Assembly: GCA_043797545.1 (NCBI GenBank)
Contig: JAZDPN010000064.1
Coordinates: forward strand, 1 to 61,605
DNA from: Patescibacteria group bacterium
Lineage (GTDB): Bacteria > Patescibacteriota > Gracilibacteria > JAHISY01
Direction: 5' to 3'
DNA: 61,605 nucleotides
The translations under genes and the position numbers were made by a program. Shown piece by piece: positions 42,844-50,029 of the stretch. The number at the start of each line of letters is the position of its first letter. Within the stretch, counting starts at the first letter, position 1. Under the pieces are notes generated by a model that ran no database searches, was not told where the DNA came from, and saw only the letters and a program-made list of their open reading frames with translations.

Positions 42844-43374
42844 ATGACTAGCAAAACCACTATTTCTGGCAATTCTTATGAAGTTCTCGCGATTCTCGCG
42901 GGCACTTTGCGCGAGAGCGAAGTCAAAAAAGAATTGGAAAAATGGGAAGCTGAGCTCGCCAAGCTTGGTAAGATTTTAGCCAAAATTGTTTGGCCGAATC
43001 GCCCACTCGCTTACAAAGTCGCCAAAAATGAGCGGGGCACTTATTTGATCGTCCATCTCGAGGCAGCTGGTAAAAAAATTGCCGAGCTGGAAAATGCTTT
43101 ACGGCTCGACCCCAAAGTCATCCGTCATCTCATCGCCCGCACACCGAAGCAGTATGTTTGGCGTGATTACAGCGAGGAAGATCTTGAGCACGATTTCACG
43201 AAATTAGAGAGCGCTAAGCCTGCTCCCGAGCCGCGTTTTGTGAAGAAAAAAGGCAGCCGAACAAAACCGGAAAATGCCAAACCAGCCGCAAAGAAAGTTG
43301 AAAAAGAAGCCGAGCCGACTGCCAACGCCGGCGAAATCGACAAAAAACTCGATGATATCCTGGCTGATTTGTAA
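42844..43374 (+). CDS. rpsF: 30S ribosomal protein S6 with ~70-aa charged C-terminal extension
   Basis: YEVLAILAGTL...WPNRPLAYKVAKNERGTYLIVHLEA is the S6 core. At 176 aa it is longer than the usual ~100-130. Confidence 0.9.
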   Translation: MTSKTTISGNSYEVLAILAGTLRESEVKKELEKWEAELAKLGKILAKIVWPNRPLAYKVAKNERGTYLIVHLEAAGKKIAELENALRLDPKVIRHLIARTPKQYVWRDYSEEDLEHDFTKLESAKPAPEPRFVKKKGSRTKPENAKPAAKKVEKEAEPTANAGEIDKKLDDILADL

Positions 43375-43394
43375 TTTTATTTTTTTTAAAAAAA

Positions 43395-43841
43395 ATGCGT
43401 AGCGTCAATAAAGTCATCCTCGTCGGCAACCTCACCCGCGATCCTGAGCTCAAAGCCACGACTGGCGGACAGGCGATTTGCACTTTCGGACTCGCGACGA
43501 ATCGACAGTGGAAAGACCAGAACGGCGAACAAAAAGATTTAGTCGAGTTTCACGAAATCACAGCTTGGGCGCGTCGCGCTGAGATTTGCCACCAGATTTT
43601 GAAAAAAGGTAATCTCGTCTACATCGAAGGCTACCTCAAAACGCGCAGCTGGCTCGACGAGGAAACTCAAAAAAAGCGCTACCGGACCGAGATCGTGGTA
43701 GATGACATCATCAAGCTCGAGAAACGCAGTGGTGAAGCAATCGCCGAGGCAAGCAGCCCGGCCAATGAAAATGATGGTGCGTCCGCGACTGCAGCCTTCG
43801 ACGAAGCACCGATCGAGACTAATAACCCAGCCAACTTTTAA
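43395..43841 (+). CDS. ssb: single-stranded DNA-binding protein
   Basis: VNKVILVGNLTRDPELK...FHEITAWARRAE is the OB fold. Acidic/hydrophobic C-terminal tip. Confidence 0.93.
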   Translation: MRSVNKVILVGNLTRDPELKATTGGQAICTFGLATNRQWKDQNGEQKDLVEFHEITAWARRAEICHQILKKGNLVYIEGYLKTRSWLDEETQKKRYRTEIVVDDIIKLEKRSGEAIAEASSPANENDGASATAAFDEAPIETNNPANF

Positions 43842-43850
43842 TTTACAAAA

Positions 43851-44081
43851 ATGGTCAAAAATTCTTCAGTCCGCAAGCTCTGCAAATTTTGCGCCGCCAA
43901 AACCGAGTTTATTGATTACAAAAATGTCCGTATTTTGCGACGTTATGTGAATCTCGATGGCAAAATCCAGCCACGTCGTTATTCGGGCAATTGCATGAAG
44001 CACCAAAGAATGCTGTCTTCGGCGATCAAAAAAGCGCGCATCGCGGCGCTCATCCCTTTTACCCGAGACGCGGTTTTATAG
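43851..44081 (+). CDS. rpsR: 30S ribosomal protein S18
   Basis: [60 protein letters not shown] is a typical S18. Confidence 0.93.
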   Translation: MVKNSSVRKLCKFCAAKTEFIDYKNVRILRRYVNLDGKIQPRRYSGNCMKHQRMLSSAIKKARIAALIPFTRDAVL

Positions 44082-44097
44082 TTTTTTTCACGAACCC

Positions 44098-44172
<75 letters not shown>

Positions 44173-44224
44173 TTCGACTCGTCCCGCAAAAGCGGGGCTC
44201 GGAGCTACAACTAGCAATTGCAAA

Positions 44225-44294
44225 CTTAATCCTTACTTCTTACTTCTTAATCCTTACTTCTTAATTCTTAATCCTTACTTCTTAATTCTTAATC
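44225..44294 (+). repeat. ten perfect tandem heptads CTTA[A/C]T[C/T] (21-nt super-unit CTTAATC-CTTACTT-CTTAATT), G-free
   Basis: Read directly. The 70 nt end 5 nt before the rplU ATG. Confidence 0.9.
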
Positions 44295-44299
44295 CTGTA

Positions 44300-44617
44300 A
44301 TGACCAAATTTGCAATCATCGGCGTCGGCGGCAAACAATTCCGTGTCAGCGAAGGCGACAAAATCGTAGCTGAAAAAGTCGCGGAAGCGAGCGACCAACC
44401 GATCAAAATTAATCATGTCTTTCTGATCGCGGATGGCGACGAGGTAAAAATCGGCACACCTCTAGTCGAGGGCGCGAGTGTCGAGGCGAAAGTTTTGGAA
44501 GTAAAAAAAGGCGAGAAAGTACGCGTTTTCAAAATGAAGCAGCGCAAACGCTATCACCGCGAAAAAGGCCATCGCCAGCTCGAGGCGACGATCGAAATTT
44601 TGAAGATCAAAGGCTAA
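44300..44617 (+). CDS. rplU: 50S ribosomal protein L21
   Basis: FAIIGVGGKQFRVSEGDKIVAEK... is a typical L21. Confidence 0.93.
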   Translation: MTKFAIIGVGGKQFRVSEGDKIVAEKVAEASDQPIKINHVFLIADGDEVKIGTPLVEGASVEAKVLEVKKGEKVRVFKMKQRKRYHREKGHRQLEATIEILKIKG

Positions 44618-44626
44618 AATCTTGGG

Positions 44627-46189
44627 GTGAATTTTTTGCGCCGTCTCTCCCCGCTCGCGAACTTCAATGAGTTCTTCATCAGTTGGGTTTATTTCGTGCA
44701 AGGCAGCGCGAGTATTTTTGGCATCGCGGAAGCGTTAATTTTGCGCGAGCAGCTCGGATTGGATTTCGCGCAAATCGCACTCGTCGGCGCAGCCTCGATT
44801 ATTCCGTGGAGCATCAAACCGCTTTACGGAATTTTGACCGATCTCGTGCCGATCGGGAAATATCGGCGACGACCGTATTTGCATTTTTTCCCGCTGCTCG
44901 CGGTCGCGGGCTACGCTTGGATCGCGCTTTTTGGTGATAGTTTTTTGAGCTATTTGCTGCCGCTGGTCATCGCGAATATCGGTCTCGGCTTCGTCGATGT
45001 CGCGACGGACGGCTTCGTCGTCGAGCAGTCCAATCCGCAAAATGTCGCGCGTTTGCAGGGCATCACGCAAGCGTCGATTCGCGTCGCGGCTTTTCTCGCC
45101 AGCTTTTTTTCCGGGCTTTTAATTTTTCGCGCAATCCTCACTCCGCACCAAATTTTTTGGATTGCGGCGGCGCTTCCCCTTTTGACGACGATTTTTTCGT
45201 TTGGAATTCGCGAAGAGCCAGTGACGAAAAGTGAAGAAACCGTGGCGCGACACGAATTGACTCCAGCTTTCGTGGTGAGCTTGCTCGGTATTTTTGGCTT
45301 AATTATTTTTAATCTCGCACTGCCGGATTTTTTACCCGGGCTGACGCATTTGCCGGGAATGTTTTGGAGCACAGTTTCGTGGTCGGGATTTTTCGCGTGG
45401 CTGACCGCGTATTTTTGGCGGTTGAAAAAAATGCAACTCGCGAGCGGCATGATTTTTCTCGCAATGCTTTTTATTTTGCTTTGGCGCTTCAATCCCGGCG
45501 CGAGCACGCCGATGTTTTTTTATTTGAAAGATGAGCTGAAAATCTCGGAAGAAACGCTCGGTTTCATTTCGACGGCGTCGCAGGTCGCGTCGATTTTGGC
45601 AGTAATTCTGGCGGTGAAATTTTTCGATAAATTTCATTTGAAAAAAGTGCTCGGCTGGTCGGTCGTCGCAGCAGGATTATTCGGAATTTCCAGCTTCGCG
45701 CTGACGCGCGTCGACTGGTCAATCGCGCTCGGCTCGAATTTTTTTGTCAAAATTTTGGGGTCGGCGATCGCGCTGCCAGTTTATTTTTTCGAGGCGGTCT
45801 TCACGAAAATCGGCGGCGGAGCGTGGACGAATTTTTGGACGACCGCGACGAGCATGAGTCCGATTGAGAATTTTCTGTTCGTTCAAGGTTTTTTCGCGGA
45901 ATTACTTTTCATGATCGCGTACATTCCGCTTTTCAAATTGGCTGTGCTCATCACACCGAAACGCGCCGAAGCGACGAATTTCGCGGTGATCGCGGCGGTG
46001 ATGAATATTGGTCTCGCGCTCTCGACTTACGCGAGCGGCACGCTGTACGAATTTTTTCGCAATCCCGCGCTCGACGAATCCGCGCTCGACTTGAGCGCAA
46101 TCGAGATTTTGATTTGGATTAATGTCCTGACTTCGTTCGCCTGTCTTTTCGTTTTGCCGTTTATTCGGGAAAGAGAGATTGTGAAATAA
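44627..46189 (+). CDS. folate/biopterin transporter (BT1) family MFS protein
   Basis: About 12 TM helices. WSIKPLYGILTDLVPIGKYRRRPY is the BT1 signature region. Confidence 0.8.
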   Translation: MNFLRRLSPLANFNEFFISWVYFVQGSASIFGIAEALILREQLGLDFAQIALVGAASIIPWSIKPLYGILTDLVPIGKYRRRPYLHFFPLLAVAGYAWIALFGDSFLSYLLPLVIANIGLGFVDVATDGFVVEQSNPQNVARLQGITQASIRVAAFLASFFSGLLIFRAILTPHQIFWIAAALPLLTTIFSFGIREEPVTKSEETVARHELTPAFVVSLLGIFGLIIFNLALPDFLPGLTHLPGMFWSTVSWSGFFAWLTAYFWRLKKMQLASGMIFLAMLFILLWRFNPGASTPMFFYLKDELKISEETLGFISTASQVASILAVILAVKFFDKFHLKKVLGWSVVAAGLFGISSFALTRVDWSIALGSNFFVKILGSAIALPVYFFEAVFTKIGGGAWTNFWTTATSMSPIENFLFVQGFFAELLFMIAYIPLFKLAVLITPKRAEATNFAVIAAVMNIGLALSTYASGTLYEFFRNPALDESALDLSAIEILIWINVLTSFACLFVLPFIREREIVK

Positions 46190-46190
46190 A

Positions 46191-46388
46191 TTAAGTTGTG
46201 CCCTCGCTAACGCCTCTTCTTTTTAAAAGGAGAGCGCGACCAACTGCAGCGTGAATTTTATTCTTGCCAGGAAGTGTTTGCCGTCCTTTTAGATCTAAAC
46301 ACGCATGCAATGCTTCTCTAGAAATTTGAGCATCGACACTAATAATTAATTTGTAGGCTTCACATCCGGGAAATTCAAAATCTGGCAT
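46191..46388 (-). CDS. hypothetical small protein (65 aa)
   Basis: AT-rich ATG ORF downstream of the M23 peptidase gene. No motif. Confidence 0.3.
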   Translation of the reverse strand: MPDFEFPGCEAYKLIISVDAQISREALHACLDLKGRQTLPGKNKIHAAVGRALLLKRRGVSEGTT

Positions 46389-46428
46389 ATCAAAAATATT
46401 TTCGAGATTTTAGTCAAATTTTTTTAAA

Positions 46429-47862
46429 TTACAACTTGACTGCCTCGCTCATGTATTTCTGGGGAATATCTTGAAGACGCATTTTTTCGAGTGGGAGATA
46501 ATCAAGTGGGTCGACATGTTCGCCGTGATCGATGACTTCGAAATGCAAGTGCGCGCCAGTCGTCATGTAGCCCGCGCCCGGCGTCCCGGGAATCCCGCCG
46601 GACAATCCGATGAGATCGCCTGCTTTCACGATGTCACCTTCCCGCACGAGAATTTTCGAAATGTGACCGTAAGTCGTCGCGAGTCCGTTTGGGTGTGCGA
46701 TCGTGATGTACGAATAACCGTAGCCGTTGTCTTTCGCTTTGTACACGATTCCCGGCGCAGCAGCCGAGACGCGCGAACCGTAAGTCAGCCGAAAATCAAC
46801 CGCCTGGTGCTGCACACCGAAACGACCTTGATAACTCGAATCGTGAAAATACGCAGTGATCCCGCGTGCCGGACTCGCCGGCCAAAGTACTTTCGGAACA
46901 CGATTCGGAAAAACCACTCCCGCGACCGACGCAACCGATTGATCCTCGAGCAGCTGCGAAAATTGCTCTTCGCTGAGACTACCTTTCAGGCCTTTTAATT
47001 TCGCATCGATCACCCCGAGCTGCGAGCGCAATTCATCAATTTCGGAAAGAGCTTGCAATTGCTGCCGTTGTGAATTCTCGACTAATTTGCGATATTTCGC
47101 TTCCTGACCCTGTGTCTCGTTCAATAATTCTTGTTTCCCGGCACGCATTTTCGCGAGCTCACGCGTGCGAAGGATAATTTCCTGTTGGAGTAAAACGAGC
47201 TCGCCGCGTTTCGCCAAAAGTTGCGCTCTTGTTTTTTCGTAATTCGCCTGTTTGGCTTGTAAATCGAGAATCAGCCCAGCAGAAATATTTTGGAGAATGT
47301 CGAGATAAGTTTTTTTGGTCTCGACATCTGCGAGCGACTCGTCAGTGAAAAGAAATTTCAAAGCCGAAATCTCGCCAGTGTCCCAGTCGGTGTACTGCAT
47401 CGTCTCGGAATATTCGATGCGAATAAATTCATCCAAAAGTTCGCGCGACCGCGCCATCTCGACTTCGCGCATTTCGGACAATTCGGCTAGATCGGCGAGT
47501 TCAAGCTGGATCGCTTTGGTCTGCTCCTGCAAATTTTCTAAATTCGTATTTTCGATCGCGAGATTCGCGTCGAGAGTTTTGAGCTGCTCGGAAAGTGTGT
47601 TGATCTTCGCGTCGAGCAGCGGCAATTTGTCAGCCGCGACTTGATCGATTGAGCCAGACGCGTTGATGTAAGTTTCGTATTTTTTGTCGATCTGGTTGCG
47701 GATAAAAACGAGCGCGTCGACCGTCCGACTAGCCTGATCAAAAACACCTTCGCGCTGAGTCGCGGCGTGCGCGCAGGGCGCGACCAAAATCATCAGAGCA
47801 AAGGCGAGAGAAATAAATTTAGAAGTTTTCAATTTTTTGTGTAAGGCAAAAATTACGCACAT
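46429..47862 (-). CDS. M23 family metallopeptidase with N-terminal coiled coil (EnvC-like)
   Basis: Signal peptide and long coiled coil. C-terminal LytM domain (HQAVDF, ITIAHPNGLATTYGHIS, GAHLHFEV). An alternative TTG start at 47832 is possible, because the ATG at 47862 overlaps the -10 element. Confidence 0.88.
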   Translation of the reverse strand: MCVIFALHKKLKTSKFISLAFALMILVAPCAHAATQREGVFDQASRTVDALVFIRNQIDKKYETYINASGSIDQVAADKLPLLDAKINTLSEQLKTLDANLAIENTNLENLQEQTKAIQLELADLAELSEMREVEMARSRELLDEFIRIEYSETMQYTDWDTGEISALKFLFTDESLADVETKKTYLDILQNISAGLILDLQAKQANYEKTRAQLLAKRGELVLLQQEIILRTRELAKMRAGKQELLNETQGQEAKYRKLVENSQRQQLQALSEIDELRSQLGVIDAKLKGLKGSLSEEQFSQLLEDQSVASVAGVVFPNRVPKVLWPASPARGITAYFHDSSYQGRFGVQHQAVDFRLTYGSRVSAAAPGIVYKAKDNGYGYSYITIAHPNGLATTYGHISKILVREGDIVKAGDLIGLSGGIPGTPGAGYMTTGAHLHFEVIDHGEHVDPLDYLPLEKMRLQDIPQKYMSEAVKL

Positions 47863-47865
47863 TTT

Positions 47866-47896
47866 ACCCTAAACCCTATCCCCTATAATCTCAAAC
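47866..47896. repeat. heptad repeat block (CCCTAAA-CCCTATC-CCCTATA...)
   Basis: C-rich on the plus strand. On the minus strand the G-rich copy runs into GGGTAAAAT, the -10 of the M23 peptidase gene. Confidence 0.6.
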
Positions 47897-48364
47897 CTAT
47901 TCGGTCGGCTGGACTTTGACGATCCGCGTCCGCACATTGTCGAGCTTCGGAATCGTCAGAACCAGCACGCTTTTTTTGAATTCCGCGCGCGCTTTTTTCG
48001 AATCGACGGCCTCGGGCAAAACAATCGAGCGACTGAACGGACCGAAAAAACATTCCTGCACAAGGTAATCGCTGTCGACCGAACTCGGAATCGGCGCGGC
48101 GCGCTCGCCCTCGATCGTGACGACGTCCTCGGTAATTTCGACGCGAACTTCGTCGGGATGGACGCCCGCGAGCGGCGCGACAATAATCAAATTGTCGTTC
48201 GTCTCGACCACATCGACCGCGAGCTGCGCGACTTCCGAATCATCATTTTCCGCCATTTCGCCCGGTACTTTCTTCAAACTCTCCGGCGCGGGCGGCGGAT
48301 TTTTGGGACGTTGCAAATTGGTCGCGAGATTGCCGATGCCGATCGGTTTTTGGTCGAAGCTCAT
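47897..48364 (-). CDS. Hsp20/alpha-crystallin family small heat-shock protein
   Basis: VDVVETNDNLIIVAPLAGV...VRVEITEDVVTIEGER...FSRSIVLPEAVD...AEFKKSVLVLTIPK. Start at M28 of the ORF avoids overlap with thyX. Confidence 0.88.
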   Translation of the reverse strand: MSFDQKPIGIGNLATNLQRPKNPPPAPESLKKVPGEMAENDDSEVAQLAVDVVETNDNLIIVAPLAGVHPDEVRVEITEDVVTIEGERAAPIPSSVDSDYLVQECFFGPFSRSIVLPEAVDSKKARAEFKKSVLVLTIPKLDNVRTRIVKVQPTE

Positions 48365-48377
48365 TTCAGAATTTATT

Positions 48378-49085
48378 TTAACTTTTTGCGTTGCGTTTTC
48401 GCAATTCGCCGTCGAGCGCTTTCCATTTCCCGCAGGATAAATCACCTTCCCAGCAAATTTTTTGCGTTTCGCAGGTCGGACCGGCGTATTTGAAAATATT
48501 CGGCGCGACGGGTTTGACCAATTTCAACATTTCATTCGCCATCGCGCGAATCTCGGCCTGCGCACGAACACAAAGTCGATGCTCAAAAAAATTGAGTAAC
48601 GAGCGCGCATTCATCGTGAAAACGATTTTCGTCGCGGTTGCGTTCGGGAGAATCGCCCGCGCGTCTTCCGCCGGGATTTTCGCTTCCAACATTTTTTCGT
48701 AAAAAGCGCCAATTTCCTTCATTTTCGCTTCGAATTCTTTTTTCAATTTGGCGTCAGCGGCGATTTTCGGCGGCGTGACAAATTCGAATTCACCGTTTTT
48801 GAATTTCACGTAACGCTGCGATTGCTGCGAAAAACTCGCGATGCGGTGACGCACGAGCTGATGCGTGAGCGCGCGCGAAATTCCTTCGACGGCAAAAGTG
48901 AAACTCGCGTGTTCAACGGTCGAAAGATGACCGCCTTGAAGCACGATGTCGATCAGTCGCTCGCGTTTTTCCGGCGCTAAATTTTCTTTCAATTCGTCCC
49001 CGCCTTTCGCGGAATAACACTGATTGATCGCCGCCGCGACGACAGCTTCGGGATCTTGCGTGTGTGAAATCAGGACGACTTTCAT
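48378..49085 (-). CDS. thyX: FAD-dependent thymidylate synthase
   Basis: ThyX motif [18 protein letters not shown] (RHRxxSxxxxSxR). Confidence 0.93.
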   Translation of the reverse strand: MKVVLISHTQDPEAVVAAAINQCYSAKGGDELKENLAPEKRERLIDIVLQGGHLSTVEHASFTFAVEGISRALTHQLVRHRIASFSQQSQRYVKFKNGEFEFVTPPKIAADAKLKKEFEAKMKEIGAFYEKMLEAKIPAEDARAILPNATATKIVFTMNARSLLNFFEHRLCVRAQAEIRAMANEMLKLVKPVAPNIFKYAGPTCETQKICWEGDLSCGKWKALDGELRKRNAKS

Positions 49086-49606
49086 TTGCGTTTTTTGAGA
49101 ATCTTCCCGAGTGAGCCTGCGACGACGGTTTTTTTCGGAACGTCATGAATGACAACCGCGAGCACACCGATTTTCGCATCGTCGCCGACTTTTACCGGCC
49201 CGAGAATTTTCGCGCCCGCACCGATGACGACGCGATTGCCGATCGTCGGATGCCGCTTTTTTTTCGGGGAACTTTTCCACCAGCCGATCGCACCGAGCGT
49301 GACATCATGATAAATCATCACATCGTCGCCGACTTCTGCAGTCTCACCAATCACGACACCGTAGCCGTGGTCGATAAAAAATCTTTTGCCAATTTCCGCG
49401 CCGGGATGAATTTCAATTCCAGTAAGTAGCCGACCAATTTGCGAAATAAGCCGCGGAACAAAAGGAACTCCGAGAATAAAAAGCGGATGCGCGACGCGGT
49501 GAAACGCGAGCGCCCACATCCCGGGATACAAAATTATTTCGAGCGGGCGCAACCCGCCGCGGAGTGCGGGATCGCGGTCAATCGCGGATTTGATCCAGTC
49601 GAACAT
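49082..49606 (-). CDS. cysE: serine O-acetyltransferase
   Basis: [43 protein letters not shown] is a hexapeptide-repeat CysE core. Confidence 0.88.
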   Translation of the reverse strand: MFDWIKSAIDRDPALRGGLRPLEIILYPGMWALAFHRVAHPLFILGVPFVPRLISQIGRLLTGIEIHPGAEIGKRFFIDHGYGVVIGETAEVGDDVMIYHDVTLGAIGWWKSSPKKKRHPTIGNRVVIGAGAKILGPVKVGDDAKIGVLAVVIHDVPKKTVVAGSLGKILKKRK

Positions 49607-49645
49607 AATTAGGGAATAGGTTTTAGGTTTTAGGGTTTAGTAATT
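49607..49645. repeat. heptad repeat block (AGGGAAT-AGGTTTT-AGGTTTT-AGGGTTT-AGTAATT on plus strand)
   Basis: On the minus strand it reads ...AAACCCT-AAAACCT-AAAACCT-ATTCCCT-AATT-ATG and abuts the cysE start. It overlaps the last codons of the four-helix-bundle gene. Confidence 0.65.
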
Positions 49646-49988
49646 TTTTCCGAATTGCGGTGAGCATTTTACCAACTTCACCCAAATCAGCGAGCAATTC
49701 TTTTGCCTGTCCGGAATTTAAATATTTGAATTCTTGCGAAAGTAAAATTTGAGTTTCCAACTCGGCGCAAGACCCAAGCGAATTACTTAAAAAATGTGCG
49801 TAATCTTTCCGAGTCGCGCGCGCGTAGCCTTCGGCAATATTAGAGACAATCGAAATCGCGCATCTCCTCATTTGTGATTTCAAACCAAATTCCTCATTTC
49901 GTGGAAAATTTTCAGTAAATTTATAGACCTTTTTTGACAGCACAAAAGCTTTCTGCCAAACAATCAGTTCTTTGAAATTTTTAATCAT
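49623..49988 (-). CDS. four-helix-bundle protein (23S rRNA intervening-sequence protein / S23-type family)
   Basis: [13 protein letters not shown]...[11 protein letters not shown]....[14 protein letters not shown] is the family signature. The ATG at M8 is preceded by TATAGT plus 6 nt. Confidence 0.85.
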   Translation of the reverse strand: MIKNFKELIVWQKAFVLSKKVYKFTENFPRNEEFGLKSQMRRCAISIVSNIAEGYARATRKDYAHFLSNSLGSCAELETQILLSQEFKYLNSGQAKELLADLGEVGKMLTAIRKKLLNPKT

Positions 49989-50000
49989 AAATTTACTATA

Positions 50001-50029
50001 CCCTATCACCTAACCCCTATACCCTACTT
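50001..50029. repeat. heptad repeat block (CCTATCA-CCTAACC-CCTATAC-CCTACTT)
   Basis: Inverted relative to the block at 49607-49645. Overlaps the valS stop and the four-helix-bundle gene's -10 region. Confidence 0.6.

Noticed and set aside
44225-44294. CRISPR array or telomere-like repeat
   Set aside because: The units are 7 nt, contiguous and without spacers. No cas genes are present. The TTTAGGG-like variants at 47866, 49607 and 50001 are short internal intergenic blocks, not chromosome ends.
49623-49988. Diversity-generating retroelement (Avd-like four-helix bundle)
   Set aside because: There is no reverse transcriptase gene and no template/variable repeat pair anywhere in the window. The gene alone is not evidence of a DGR.
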